Below, piece by piece: positions 41,795 through 53,456 of a DNA stretch of 64,000 nucleotides. The DNA is from an uncultured Bacteroidota bacterium (GTDB lineage: Bacteria; Bacteroidota; Bacteroidia; Cytophagales; Cyclobacteriaceae). The stretch spans positions 7,194 through 71,193 of the forward strand of contig CAWFDB010000001.1 in NCBI GenBank assembly GCA_963814575.1. The letters are read 5' to 3'. The position numbers were made by a program, and so were the translations under genes. Below the pieces are notes generated by a model, which saw nothing but the letters and a program-made list of their open reading frames with translations, ran no database searches and had not been told where the DNA came from. Position 1 is the first letter of the stretch. Every line of letters starts with the position of its first letter.

Positions 41795-43135
41795 TCACAC
41801 CCCCGTGTAGCTAAACGGAGTTATTGCCTTTAGCTTTTCCTTTAGCACGTTGCTGATAGCCAACTCATCAATGAAAGTATGTATGCTTTGCCTGTTAATT
41901 TTTTCATTCTTTCTGGTAAGTGTCTTTAGCGCTTCATAGGGATTGGGATAGCCTTCCCTTCTGAGAACGGTTTGAATGGCTTCAGCCACTACCGCCCAGT
42001 TATCTTCCAGATCCTGGTCGATGGCGGATTTATTCAGTTCCAGTTTGCCGATGCCTTTCTCCAGTGATTTCAAGGCGATGAAGGTGTGCGCAAGAGGCAC
42101 GCCAACGTTTCTGAGCACCGTTGAGTCAGTAAGATCGCGCTGCAATCGTGAGATGGGAAGCTTGGCGGAGAGATGTTCAAAGAGTGCATTGGCCAGCCCA
42201 AGATTACCTTCGGCATTTTCAAAATCGATCGGATTCACTTTGTGCGGCATGGCACTGGAACCCACTTCACCTTCTTTGATTTTCTGTTTGAAATAATTCA
42301 TGGCCACATATTGCCACACATCGCGGCTGAAGTCGATGAGTATCGTGTTGATTCGTTTCAGATTATCGAACAGCGCGGCAAGGTTATCATAGTGTTCTAT
42401 TTGTGTGGTTGGGTTGCTGCGTACCAGACCGAGTTGAATGCTTACAAAGATATCCGCGAAATGATTCCAGTTGATTTCAGGATACGCGATATGGTGTGCA
42501 TTGAAGTTGCCGGTGGCGCCACCGAATTTAGCGGAGTATGGAATTGTATGAAGAAGGTCAAGTTGCCGCTGGATTCGTTCCACAAACACATACACTTCTT
42601 TTCCCAGCCGGGTAGGTGAAGCGGGCTGGCCGTGGGTGCGGGCAAGCAGGGAGATATCTTTCCACTGAACAGAAAGATTTGTGAGTTCCGCAACAAGTTT
42701 TTGAATGTCAGGAAGAAACTCTCTTTCCATAAATTCTTTCAGCAACAGCGGAACGGCCGTGTTGTTGATGTCCTGCGAGGTAAGTCCGAAGTGAATGAAT
42801 TCTTTGTATTGTGAAAGATTAAGGTCATCAAATTTTTTCTTCAGAAAGTATTCAACAGCTTTTACATCGTGGTTGGTAGTCTTCTCAATTTCCTTGATGG
42901 ATGTGGCATCGGTTTCGCTGAAGTTTTCATACAGATTACGCAGCTTACCCTCAAGTTCTTTTGAAAAATCCGAAAGTTCGGGTAGGGCATAGGTCAGTGC
43001 AATGAAATATTCCACCTCCACGCGCACCCGGTAGTGCATCAATGCAAATTCAGAAAAGTAGGGAGCCAACGGGCTGGTAGTTCTGTTATAGCGCCCGTCC
43101 AGGGGCGAGATGGCAGTCAGGGAATTTAATTGCAC
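41795..43135 (-). CDS. purB: Adenylosuccinate lyase
   Basis: SPLDGRY, GSSAMPHKVNP..FE. Confidence 0.96.
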   Translation of the reverse strand: MQLNSLTAISPLDGRYNRTTSPLAPYFSEFALMHYRVRVEVEYFIALTYALPELSDFSKELEGKLRNLYENFSETDATSIKEIEKTTNHDVKAVEYFLKKKFDDLNLSQYKEFIHFGLTSQDINNTAVPLLLKEFMEREFLPDIQKLVAELTNLSVQWKDISLLARTHGQPASPTRLGKEVYVFVERIQRQLDLLHTIPYSAKFGGATGNFNAHHIAYPEINWNHFADIFVSIQLGLVRSNPTTQIEHYDNLAALFDNLKRINTILIDFSRDVWQYVAMNYFKQKIKEGEVGSSAMPHKVNPIDFENAEGNLGLANALFEHLSAKLPISRLQRDLTDSTVLRNVGVPLAHTFIALKSLEKGIGKLELNKSAIDQDLEDNWAVVAEAIQTVLRREGYPNPYEALKTLTRKNEKINRQSIHTFIDELAISNVLKEKLKAITPFSYTGV

Positions 43136-43210
43136 GGGTTACTCATTAAGGCATAAAATTACTAAAAGGAAATGAATTGAGTTCAGGGTGTGCATTTCAA
43201 GTTGTCGCAT

Positions 43211-43299
43211 TGGACTAAAGTCCATTTTGGGTGAGATTTTAATAGCCGTGGCCTTAAGGCCACGGCTATTAATCAATAGATTTAACAGGGCTTTAGCCC
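43211..43299. repeat. REP-like palindrome cluster
   Basis: GGACTAAAGTCC, perfect 34-bp palindrome at 43239-43272, GGGCTTTAGCCC. Confidence 0.7.
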
Positions 43300-43376
43300 A
43301 AATGAATATTTCATGGTACGACATTTTGAAATGCACCCAGTTCAGGCTATCTCACCTTATCACGAAGCAATTGTTA

Positions 43377-43880
43377 CTAATCTGTTTTACGGTTTTGCCG
43401 GATGCTTTTTAGTTCCAGAATATCAAGCAGGTCTTTGGGGCGTCCTGATAGTTCTTTGTAATATATTAAGTCATCATATCCGAGGACTTTGAATGATGCT
43501 TTTCCTATGAAATTTTCTTCACATTTTTTAATGGATTGATTAAAACCCCTCCGGGATTCATCTGATTTCATCCCTTCGTAAAGACCAGGTAATAATTCAA
43601 CTTTGAAATAATCCAAAGGTATTCGCAGGATTGTTTTATCGGCATCGAAGACCATTGAACTCAAATCACGGGTATCATATCCTAACTTTTTAAGGGCAAG
43701 AATGATTTTTTCAAAATTATCTATTGTGGGTTTGTACCAGAAATCAATATCGTTGCTGGCTCTGGAATATCCATGATGATTCACGGCAATTCCTCCCACG
43801 GCTATATAATCCACCCCAAACTGATTGAAAGTAAGAATGAAATTCTCGAGAAGATTTTTCAGTCTCTCACTTAGTTCCAT
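43377..43880 (-). CDS. Nucleotidyltransferase (DUF6036-like)
   Basis: VGG.AV..HG..R...DID; K...GRPKD..D. Confidence 0.85.
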   Translation of the reverse strand: MELSERLKNLLENFILTFNQFGVDYIAVGGIAVNHHGYSRASNDIDFWYKPTIDNFEKIILALKKLGYDTRDLSSMVFDADKTILRIPLDYFKVELLPGLYEGMKSDESRRGFNQSIKKCEENFIGKASFKVLGYDDLIYYKELSGRPKDLLDILELKSIRQNRKTD

Positions 43881-44073
43881 TTACCAGTTTCAATTCAATG
43901 ATTTTTGACTTATCTGAATTAGTCGGAAATTCTTCCTTACCTCCACGTAGATAAAACGAAAGCTCCATGAGCTTGAACATATTGATGATCCGTTCCGAAG
44001 GCTTTAAGTCCAGGGATGAAAACAGTTTTTCCTGATCTTTTTGATTTCGGGATATGATTTCTACTTTTTTCAT
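43867..44073 (-). CDS. Small partner protein of the nucleotidyltransferase
   Basis: Overlaps NTase start; L.P.ERI motif. Confidence 0.6.
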   Translation of the reverse strand: MKKVEIISRNQKDQEKLFSSLDLKPSERIINMFKLMELSFYLRGGKEEFPTNSDKSKIIELKLVNGTK

Positions 44074-44194
44074 TTCATCAAAGTTAAACGAAAAACACAG
44101 TGCCTCCAATCACGCCAGATTATCATGTTTATTCCTCTCATCTGTAGAAATGAATTATTGGAGTAATTAAATGCAGCTGCGAACGTACTTTTTA

Positions 44195-44202
44195 TAAATT
44201 TG
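44195..44202 (+). promoter_or_regulatory. Bacteroidota -7 element
   Basis: TAAATTTG. Confidence 0.5.
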
Positions 44203-44219
44203 CAGCCCTTAAGCCCGTT

Positions 44220-46493
44220 ATGAGCCGATCTTCGATATTAGTAGTACTGTTTCTTCTATTTACTTGTTCAGTTTCGTTTTCCCAGAACAAACCAGGTACC
44301 GGTCTTTCGATCACAAAAGCAAAAACCCCAATTAAAATAGACGGCATGTTGGATGAAGAAGACTGGCTGGCTGCAGGTGTTGCGACCAATTTCTTTCTTA
44401 ATTACCCAACTGATTCATCTGCGGCTTCTTTTCAGACAGAAGTAAGGACCACGTTTGATGATGATTTCTTCTACATTTCTTTTGTTTGCTTCGATGACAG
44501 CCGGCCTAATGTGGTGCAATCGCTTCGCAGGGACTTTGAATGGTCGCTCAATGACCATGTAGCCATATACATGGATCCATTCAACGATCATACCAACGGT
44601 TTTTATTTTGGGATTACGCCTTACGGAATCCAGCGGGAAGGAATTATGTCAGGAGGAGGTATAGGGCAAGAGGGATATAATTCCAACTGGGATAATAAAT
44701 GGTACTCATCTGTAAAACGACTGGATGACCGATGGATTGCCGAACTGGCTATCCCCTTTAAATCCTTCCGATACAATCGGGGGCAAACGAACTGGAACGT
44801 AACCTTTGTTCGTCAGGATTTAAAAAGGAATGAAGTATCCAGCTGGATCGCAACACCTGTCCAGTTCTTTCCTTCCACCCTTGCCTACACCGGTGCATTG
44901 CAGTGGCAGACTCCTGCCCCGCATGCGGGTACCAACATATCATTAATTCCCTATGTGCTTGCATCCACATCCAAGGACAACGAAAACGGGACTTCTGAAA
45001 ATACAGTGAATGCAGGCTTTGATGCCAAGGTAGCAATTACTCCTTCCTTGAATCTTGACCTGACGGTAAATCCTGATTTTTCCACCGTTGAAGTAGACAG
45101 GCAGGTAATCAACTTAACGCGCTTTGAATTTCAATTTCCGGAGAGACGACAATTTTTTCTGGAGAACAGTGATCTTTTTTCCGCACCGGGTTTCTCATCC
45201 ATTACCCAACCCTTTTTTTCCAGAAGGATAGGACTCGCGCCTGATACAACGGGTTACCAGCAAAAAGTTCCTATTTTATTCGGTGCCAGGATCAGCGGAA
45301 AATTAGGGCAGAAATGGCGTGTAGGCCTAATGAATATGCAAACCAAAGAAACGGAATCGCTGGGATTGCCGGGTCAGAATTATACCGTGGGCGTGCTTCA
45401 GAAACAGGTTTTTGAAAGATCAAATGTAGATGTCTTTCTGGTGAATAAGGAATCCATCGGACTGGGTGAATTCGATCCGGAAAGATACTATCATGAAAGC
45501 CTTGTAAAGGAGGTATGGAACGGAACCGACACGGTGTCAAAACTCAATACCTTTAATCGGGTAGCCGGTGCCGACTTCAACTGGATTACGGCAGATAATA
45601 AATGGGGTGGCAAAGCTTACTATCATCACTCATTTGATAATTTTTCGAATGGTGACGCATATTCATTGGGAGGCTTTGCTTCTTTTAATACCCGAAATAT
45701 AAGCGTCATGGGTGGCTTCATAAGTCTTGGCAAGAACTTCAATGCCGAAACCGGGTTTGTTCCAAGCATGGCCATATATCCGGGCACAATCGGGGGCCTT
45801 TTTATGGCCGACTATAAAATCTATCCAAAATCAGGTCCGCTGGTGCGGATGTCACCAGGTATAACCCTGGACACGAATCTTATTCCGGATGGCACTCTCA
45901 CAGACCGTGTTGTAACACTTCGTCATGAAATGAACTTCAGAAACACAGCGATGATGACAGCATCGTTAAGGAATATTTTTCAGCTGCTCCCTTCAGATTT
46001 TGATGTATTGAATCCCGAAGGAGACTCAACATTCCTGAAAGGTCAGCAATATCAATGGAATGAATTTGAGGTGAAGTACAACTCGAATACACGCACACTG
46101 TTTACCTATATGCTCACTGCCAGCGGAGGCGAATTTTATAATGGCACAAGAATGGGATTTGGCGGCACCATGTCATACCGCATTCAACCTTTTGGCAGCA
46201 TTTCACTCAGTGGCGATTATAACCATATCGTGCTTCCTCCCGCCTATGGCATGGCAACATTTCTGTTGATCAGTCCACGGGTTGATTTTACGTTAACAGA
46301 CAAATTGTTCTTTACCACGTTTGTTCAATATAACGACCGGTATGACAATGTAAACTTAAACGCCCGTTTTCAATGGCGCTATAAGCCGGCTTCAGATTTT
46401 TTTATTGTCTACACAGAAAACTATCTGCCTGAGCATCTGCAAAGTAAAAACAGGGCGCTCGTGCTCAAATTAACCTATTGGTTGAATATCTGA
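44220..46493 (+). CDS. CBM9-like plus DUF5916 outer-membrane protein
   Basis: IDG.LDE..W; NPDFS.VE; E.RQFFLE; LKLTYW. Confidence 0.85.
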   Translation: MSRSSILVVLFLLFTCSVSFSQNKPGTGLSITKAKTPIKIDGMLDEEDWLAAGVATNFFLNYPTDSSAASFQTEVRTTFDDDFFYISFVCFDDSRPNVVQSLRRDFEWSLNDHVAIYMDPFNDHTNGFYFGITPYGIQREGIMSGGGIGQEGYNSNWDNKWYSSVKRLDDRWIAELAIPFKSFRYNRGQTNWNVTFVRQDLKRNEVSSWIATPVQFFPSTLAYTGALQWQTPAPHAGTNISLIPYVLASTSKDNENGTSENTVNAGFDAKVAITPSLNLDLTVNPDFSTVEVDRQVINLTRFEFQFPERRQFFLENSDLFSAPGFSSITQPFFSRRIGLAPDTTGYQQKVPILFGARISGKLGQKWRVGLMNMQTKETESLGLPGQNYTVGVLQKQVFERSNVDVFLVNKESIGLGEFDPERYYHESLVKEVWNGTDTVSKLNTFNRVAGADFNWITADNKWGGKAYYHHSFDNFSNGDAYSLGGFASFNTRNISVMGGFISLGKNFNAETGFVPSMAIYPGTIGGLFMADYKIYPKSGPLVRMSPGITLDTNLIPDGTLTDRVVTLRHEMNFRNTAMMTASLRNIFQLLPSDFDVLNPEGDSTFLKGQQYQWNEFEVKYNSNTRTLFTYMLTASGGEFYNGTRMGFGGTMSYRIQPFGSISLSGDYNHIVLPPAYGMATFLLISPRVDFTLTDKLFFTTFVQYNDRYDNVNLNARFQWRYKPASDFFIVYTENYLPEHLQSKNRALVLKLTYWLNI

Positions 46494-46593
46494 GTATTTA
46501 ATGGTTTGCTGACATGCGTCTCAGATCTTAAGTCTTACCCTTTGCTATTGGTACTTTATCAGTAATTTTGCGGGACTTTTAATACCTATCACC

Positions 46594-47719
46594 ATGGCAT
46601 TTGGATTTTTTAAGAAGAGCGCGAAAAAAGAAGAGGCACCTGCCGCTAATCATGGTCCTCACTATTTTGATTTGAAGGTGAAGAATATCATTCAGGAAAC
46701 AAAGGATGCCATCAGTGTTGCTTTTGAACAACCTGAAAATAAAATCAGCTATAAGGCCGGACAGTTTTTAACCTTGATTGCAAATGTTGGTGGAAAAGAA
46801 GTGCGCAGAGCGTATTCTTTAAGTTCATCACCGTTTACAGACGCTGATCTTGTAGTTACGATAAAGCGTGTTGACAATGGTTTGATGTCGAATTGGTTGC
46901 CAGATAATCTTAAGGTGGGTGACACAATGAAAGTTATGGCACCTACCGGTCATTTCACCACCGACTACAAAAAGGAAAACAAGCGACATGTTATCATGTT
47001 TGCCGGAGGTTCTGGTATAACACCGATGATGTCGCTGATTAAAAGTACACTCACGCAAGAGCCCGAAAGTATTTGTTCGCTCATTTATTGCAACCGTGAT
47101 ATCGACAGCATCATCTTTAAAGATGAGTTTGATAAACTTCAGATTACTCATGCCGGTCGGTTACATGTGATTCATGTGCTGGACAATGCGCCTATGAACT
47201 GGCAAGGTTACTCAGGTCTGCTCAATCATGATATGCTCACAAAATTATTTGAGCGCATTCCTGACTGGGGACAAGACAACACCACCTATCTCATGTGCGG
47301 CCCTGAGGGGATGATGAAAAATGTAGAAGCACTATTGGCAGAAAGGCATATCCCAACGGGCAAAATATTTAAGGAAAGTTTTGTTCAAGGCACGATTAAC
47401 AAAGAAGAAAAGAAAGAAGAAGTAAAAGTCTTCCAGCGATAAAAAAGCCCATGAAGTAACCATTCGCTATGATGGTCAGGAGTTTAAATTCATGGTTGAA
47501 CCGAATCGTACCATTCTTGAAACAGCACTGGACAAAGGCATCGATTTACCCTATTCCTGTCAGAGCGGATTGTGTACTGCCTGTCGCGGAAAAGCATTGT
47601 CGGGTCAGGTGAAGCTGGATGAAGAAGAAGGTCTTTCACAATCCGAGCGTGCCGAAGGGTACGTGCTTACCTGCGTTGGTCATCCAATGACTGATGATGT
47701 GGTGATAGAGATTGGATAA
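46594..47719 (+). CDS. PaaE-like FAD/NAD reductase with 2Fe-2S ferredoxin, frameshifted
   Basis: RAYS, GGSGITP, CGP; CQSGLCTAC...C. Confidence 0.88.
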
Positions 47720-47754
47720 TCCGGTAATCAGATATTCAATGCGGTTTCCCTTAA

Positions 47755-49253
47755 CTATTTTCCGGACTTAGCAAAAGGAATTCCATCGAAACTTACTTTC
47801 GAAACTTTTCCTTTTTCGATCCAGTGTAAAATCAGCGTTAAGTTTTCCATACCAGCGTTTATCACACCACCCACGAAACGTGTTGTAGTGCCAGTGTCTT
47901 ACTCTTGCCTTGAAAAACTGGTTGACAATCAGTACCAGGTCGTCATTTTCACGCGTAATAATCACTTCACCATAGAGCGGATCGGTGTAACTGCCTGCGT
48001 AATCATCGAGTGGGTGAGAAGGTTTTGTATTGGCAACACGGGCAGACTTCAAAATCTTTCTCCTTTTTGTCAGCATCCGCCTGAATATTTTTGTATAGTG
48101 AATTAAACTCCGCACTCCAGTCACGTGTGCCACCTAAAGCAAACAGATCAAATGCTTTGAACATTAACGCATGCCTTACTTCAGCATGATCATAATTTCC
48201 GAATACATAGATGGCAAGTTTGCTTTCGGGCAACTGACCATGAATCGCAGTTTCTCCTGCCAGACTTCCGGTGTGATAATTAATTTTCTTTCCCTTATAA
48301 TCCTGCTGAAACCAGCCCAGGCTATAGGTAGTCCAGTTGGGTCTGGTTAGTTGCGCTGTAGGATAGAACTGACTTTCCGTTACCATCACCTGGGGTTTAA
48401 ACATTTCAGTCCATGTAGTTGGTTTTACCAACCGGCCTCCGGCATACTTACCGCTGTCAAGCATACACAATGCCCACTTGCTCATGTCATCCACACATGA
48501 CCATACACTTCCTGCCGGCCCGATGGCATCGGCACGGGTGCGTTCAATAACGGTAATCTTATTTTCTACCAGGTAATGTGGATGTGATTGATTCGGGTCT
48601 TTCACCATGGAAAGCACTGGAAATGTGCGGGTCATTCCCAGCGGTTGGAAAATTCTTTTCTGAAGAAAATCTTCCCAACGCTGGCCACTCACTTTCTCAA
48701 TCACCTTGCCTGCATACAGATAGAAAATGTTCTGATAGATGTAGCTGGAGCGGAGTGAGTAACTGGGTTTCACCAGTTTCATTTTTGATAGCACTTCATC
48801 GCCCGGAATATTCATGATGCTCCACAGAAAATCCGCATTGCCAACACCTGAGTTATGAGTGAACAGATCGCGGATTTTTAATTCACGCGTTACCCAAGGA
48901 TCGTACAATTGAAAATCCGGAAGGTATTTGATAACAGGATCATCCCACTTTACCTTTCCTTCATCCACCAGCATTGCCATGCAGGTTGCCGTCATTGCTT
49001 TGGTGGTGGAGGCACAGGCAAACAGTGTTTGTGTGTCAACGGCATCGGAGGTGCCCAGCTGACGTACTCCATATCCTTTTTTAAAAATTACTTTTCCGTC
49101 TTTTACAACCGTTAGTGCAAGGCCAGGCACCTGGTAAAGGTTACGCGATTTTTCTGCATAGGCATCAAACTCCTTGATTTTCGTTTCGATGGTTTGTGAC
49201 CTGACAGCGGTAAAGGATAACAAAAGCAGGGTGATGAATAGAATGTTTTTCAT
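47755..49253 (-). CDS. Beta-lactamase-family serine hydrolase with DUF3471, frameshifted
   Basis: STTK, YQN, HTG. Confidence 0.88.
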
Positions 49254-49264
49254 AGGTGAAATGG

Positions 49265-50362
49265 TTAATCAAGCCAGTTATATTTTTTTAACAATGATAA
49301 CACCACTTCCCGTTTCTCTTCCTGTGGTGTGGGGATGTTGCAAAGCATGATATACGTAATTCCTGTTTCAGGAATGCTTACATAGTCGCCATAAAAACCG
49401 CCTTGTGTGCCGGTATGATAAATCATTTTATGACCATCTTCAGTTTCTCCGATAAACCAGCTATAACCGATAAAAGGTGGTGTGTTGCTTTTCCAGTTTG
49501 CATAATCCTTTATGGTTCTTGAATCTTCAAGTGTTTTTGCGTCTGAGAATTTTGCCTGGCGTATCGCCAGTTCATACAGAGCCAGTTCTTCCACGGAACT
49601 CCACACACCACCATTGCCAGCTGCGGCAAAGGTGGGTTCTTCACCATAATCTTTTTCAATGTATCCATTGTTGGTTTTCAGATAGGCATGCGATACACCC
49701 GTGATCGGAAATGGACCATCAGTGATTACACTGGTTTTCATACCGGCAGGATCAAAGATTCTTTCTTTTACAACCTCCTGCCATTTTCTTCCGGTTACTT
49801 GTTCAATGATAAGGGCAAGACCATTAAAGGCCGGATTGGAATATTCAAATTGCGAACCCGGTTCGAACAGCAAAGAGTCATTCAATTTGATGGGAGCAAA
49901 GTTTTCTTCATCCTTTGCGGTGAGTAAAAACACGCTGTCTGAAAATACCCTGCGGTTATCAGGAAGACCAGAAGTATGAGTAAGCAGATGATGAATTCTT
50001 ACGCTGGCTGCTATCGCGGGATTTTTAAAATCGTTGAAATATTTTGCAAGACTGTCTTGCAAGGACAACTTTCCTTCGCTGGCCAGATCAAGGATCACAT
50101 GCGATACAAATGTTTTTGAAATGGATCCGGTGTTGAACAGGGTTTGAGGATTGATTTTTTCTTTGGTTTGCAGATCGGCAAGCCCATATCCTTTAGAGAA
50201 AATTACTTTTTCACCTTTCATGATCAATATGGCTCCACCCGGCCCCGTTGGATTAAAGACTCCCTGGAAATAAGAATCCAGTTCTTTTTCAAAAGCTGGC
50301 TTCTTTCCGCATCCTGACAGAACAGAGAAAAAAATGAGAACAGACAGATAGCGAGATATCAT
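49265..50362 (-). CDS. Beta-lactamase-family serine hydrolase lipoprotein
   Basis: SISK, YSN, HTG; lipobox LSGC. Confidence 0.9.
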   Translation of the reverse strand: MISRYLSVLIFFSVLSGCGKKPAFEKELDSYFQGVFNPTGPGGAILIMKGEKVIFSKGYGLADLQTKEKINPQTLFNTGSISKTFVSHVILDLASEGKLSLQDSLAKYFNDFKNPAIAASVRIHHLLTHTSGLPDNRRVFSDSVFLLTAKDEENFAPIKLNDSLLFEPGSQFEYSNPAFNGLALIIEQVTGRKWQEVVKERIFDPAGMKTSVITDGPFPITGVSHAYLKTNNGYIEKDYGEEPTFAAAGNGGVWSSVEELALYELAIRQAKFSDAKTLEDSRTIKDYANWKSNTPPFIGYSWFIGETEDGHKMIYHTGTQGGFYGDYVSIPETGITYIMLCNIPTPQEEKREVVLSLLKKYNWLD

Positions 50363-50363
50363 T

Positions 50364-51191
50364 TCAATTTTCTTTTTCCTGTGGAATCGCCAGAATATCA
50401 TATGTTTTTTTCACAGCCATGGTATCCCTGGTAATTTTATCCTTATCATATTGATTAAAGTCTGTTCGGTACAGATTGTATTTCTTTGAAGTTAACAAAT
50501 CGAAGAGTTCCAGTTTCTCTTCGTTAGTAGCCGGGCCAAAGCATTCCGTTACCAGGTAAGGACGATACACATCAATGATCCCCGGAATGGTTTTGATGAT
50601 TTCCTTATCATATCCCTCTGCATCGATTTTAATAAAAGATAATTTTGAAAGCATATTGCCAAAATTACTTTTAAGATATTGTTCCAGGTTTTTTCCTGTA
50701 ACCGGGAATGTGTAGCGGACATTCCTTTTTTTATTATGCGTGAATCCAATTATTCCTCCATTCCCATAGGAAGGATCGCCTGATCCAAAAGTAAACTCCC
50801 CGTCCTGTGTGGTAGCGGCAAAGTTCAGCGGAATGATATTCGTTTTATCTTTATTGAAATCAGTGTTTACTTTCAGAATTTTAAAAACATGAGGATTGGG
50901 TTCAAATGCCAGTGTTGTTCCTTCCAATCCTGCGGCCAATGCCATTGGCACGGTAGTATCTCCTTCATTCGCGCCAACATCTATAATAAAATCTCCTTTC
51001 CTGATAAATTGTTTATAGAAATTTACATTTTCCTGCGTCACCTCATTTCCAAATTCACCTGGGTGAAGCCATTGTGCGTATTGCACGGGTCCTTCGTTTT
51101 GTAAATTGAAGGTTACCGTTTTAAACTCATATTCCTTAAACGCTTTTTTTTGTTTACGCTCGCGTAACTTGTTCAGGATGTAATTAATCAT
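50364..51191 (-). CDS. FkbM-family methyltransferase
   Basis: DVGANEG, FEPNP, KIDAEG. Confidence 0.9.
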   Translation of the reverse strand: MINYILNKLRERKQKKAFKEYEFKTVTFNLQNEGPVQYAQWLHPGEFGNEVTQENVNFYKQFIRKGDFIIDVGANEGDTTVPMALAAGLEGTTLAFEPNPHVFKILKVNTDFNKDKTNIIPLNFAATTQDGEFTFGSGDPSYGNGGIIGFTHNKKRNVRYTFPVTGKNLEQYLKSNFGNMLSKLSFIKIDAEGYDKEIIKTIPGIIDVYRPYLVTECFGPATNEEKLELFDLLTSKKYNLYRTDFNQYDKDKITRDTMAVKKTYDILAIPQEKEN

Positions 51192-51208
51192 ATTGGTATT
51201 TTTTAAGG

Positions 51209-52198
51209 TCAGGTATTCGTACTGTGTTTTACGTTAGTGGAAATATTCTGAATAGTCCATTCAACTTTTCGTTGAAAGGGATGTTTCCTTACCGCGCATT
51301 CTTTCTTCTGACACACCTCGCAGGAAAAATCAAGGCATCCGTCTGAGTGTACATATAATTCAAGGGATTCACCAAACTCTCTACGTACCAGCGAAGCCAG
51401 GGCATCGATTTCATTGTGTGCTTCATGTACATTCAGGTACCAGGGAATGGTAATGTGTGCATCGAGATGAAGTACCGGGCCATATTTAATGATACGCACG
51501 TTATGAAGATCAATCCAGTTTTCCCTCCGGTTTTGATTCAAGACAGTAACCATTTTTGTGAGCAGTTCCTGATCGGTCTCATCCATAATACCTGCTATCG
51601 ATTGGCGCACAATTTTATAACCATTATAAAGAATGACACCTCCAAAGAAGATTGCCACTGCGCTGTCAAGCCAGTTAATTTTGAAGAACCAGATGGCAAT
51701 AAGTCCTGCGATAATACCCAGGGTAGAGTACGTATCCGTTTGTAAATGTTTACCACTGGCGATGAGCGCGTAGGATGTATGATTCTTGCCAACCTTAATA
51801 CACCAGGCACCCATCAGATAATTAATAACAGCGGTAGCTGAGATCAGAATAACGCCATAATCGATTTTATCTAATTCACGTGGGTAAATCATTGCGTAAA
51901 TAGATTCATACAGGATGAGGAGGGCAGCCATGACAATCAGTGTACCTTCTACGGCCGAAGAAATGAACTCTACTTTTCCATGACCATAAGGGTGGTCAGC
52001 ATCTCTGGGGCGGGCTGAAACAATCAGACTGTACAAACCAAGAAGGCCGGCAACCACATTGACAATGCTTTCCAGTGCATCGGTAAGAATGGCTACGGAG
52101 TGGGTGAGGAAGTAAGCGGCAAATTTAATAATGAGAAGGGTGATGGCCACTACCACCACGATGCGTTGTATCTGAATATTTTTTTTTGCTGCTGTCAA
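51209..52198 (-). CDS. Cation diffusion facilitator
   Basis: TDALES, HPYGHGK.E, HL.TD. Confidence 0.92.
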   Translation of the reverse strand: MTAAKKNIQIQRIVVVVAITLLIIKFAAYFLTHSVAILTDALESIVNVVAGLLGLYSLIVSARPRDADHPYGHGKVEFISSAVEGTLIVMAALLILYESIYAMIYPRELDKIDYGVILISATAVINYLMGAWCIKVGKNHTSYALIASGKHLQTDTYSTLGIIAGLIAIWFFKINWLDSAVAIFFGGVILYNGYKIVRQSIAGIMDETDQELLTKMVTVLNQNRRENWIDLHNVRIIKYGPVLHLDAHITIPWYLNVHEAHNEIDALASLVRREFGESLELYVHSDGCLDFSCEVCQKKECAVRKHPFQRKVEWTIQNISTNVKHSTNT

Positions 52199-52449
52199 GA
52201 TGCGTGGTGTTTCTTTTTCACAATTCCCACAATAGCCATCATGGCGATCACGCTCCACACCGTGTTGATGAATGTGAATGGATAGGCCTCCTTGTAGATA
52301 CTATTGATAATTAAAAAGATGGCCCCGGTAAGGTTAAGAAGCTGGAAGGTAAGAGAATCTGATTTTATTTTCTGATAGCTGTTTAACCCATAGGCAGCAA
52401 CCACCTCCACTGAGCCAACCCAGCCAAGCATGTCAATCAATAGTTCCAT
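52195..52449 (-). CDS. CBU_0592-like small membrane protein
   Basis: GW.G...AY; Q.LNL.G; N..W. Confidence 0.75.
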   Translation of the reverse strand: MELLIDMLGWVGSVEVVAAYGLNSYQKIKSDSLTFQLLNLTGAIFLIINSIYKEAYPFTFINTVWSVIAMMAIVGIVKKKHHAS

Positions 52450-52462
52450 TGAAATGGGTTTA

Positions 52463-53456
52463 TCACTTCCTCAACTTCACCCTCAGCAAATACATGTCAG
52501 CGGTGATATACAAAGTTTTTTCATCCGTAGAAAGTGCACAATTCGCGGAAGCTTCAGGTAATTTTATTTTTCCAAGTACGTTACCGTCTTTATTAAAAAT
52601 CCATACACCACCAGGGCCTGTTGCATACACGTTTCCTTTACTGTCGATTTTAAATCCATCGGGTGAGCCTTTTTCAATACCCATGAGGGAAGTAGCATTG
52701 TAGAAGATTTTTGCAGTCTTCACTGAATCAGCATTTTCGTTGAGTTCAAATTCATACCAGATCGCTTTCTTACCATCGGAGTTGGCGACCAGGAATTTAT
52801 TACCATCAGGCATAAACGCTATTCCATTTGGTTTTGTAAGCGAATCTACCATGAGTGAAACCACACCCTGAGGTGGTAACTTTATAAACACCATTAAATG
52901 GCAATTCTTTTTCTACATCAGTATCGAGATTGGCGAGGCCATATGGAGGGTCGGTAAAAAACAAATCACCATTGGACCGGTATGCAGCGTCATTCGGACT
53001 GCTGAAACGTTTGCCATCATACGTGGCTGCGAGTGTTATATATTCAGGTTTTGGATCTTTAAGGGAGGCATTCATCTTAGCCATTTGCCGGTTGCCATGC
53101 TGACAAAGAATGAGTGAATCGTTGTGCAGCAATAAACCATTGGATCCTTGTTCGCGGCTTCTGGTTGTATCACCGGTAAATCCAGAAGGAGTTAAGTATG
53201 GTTCAACACCTTTTTCTTCTGTCCATTTATAGACGATGTTTTCTGGCACATCGGAGAAAAGAAGCATGTTTTCTTTTTCAACCCATACTGGGCCTTCACT
53301 CCAGTTATAGCCTTCACCAATTATTTCAATGGTTGCTTCAGCTGATACAATTTCGTCCAGCGCAGGATCAGTTCGCTCAATCGAACCAATGGTTTTTACC
53401 TCTTTTGATGCACAACCCACGCTTAGAATAATCACCAGGATAAATAGATTTTTCAT
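52463..53456 (-). CDS. SMP-30/gluconolactonase lipoprotein, frameshifted
   Basis: SEGPVW, SPND, PNG, PDG. Confidence 0.88.

Noticed and set aside
47755-50362. Antibiotic-resistance beta-lactamases
   Set aside because: SxxK/YxN/HTG serine hydrolases in a core context; no evidence of resistance function.
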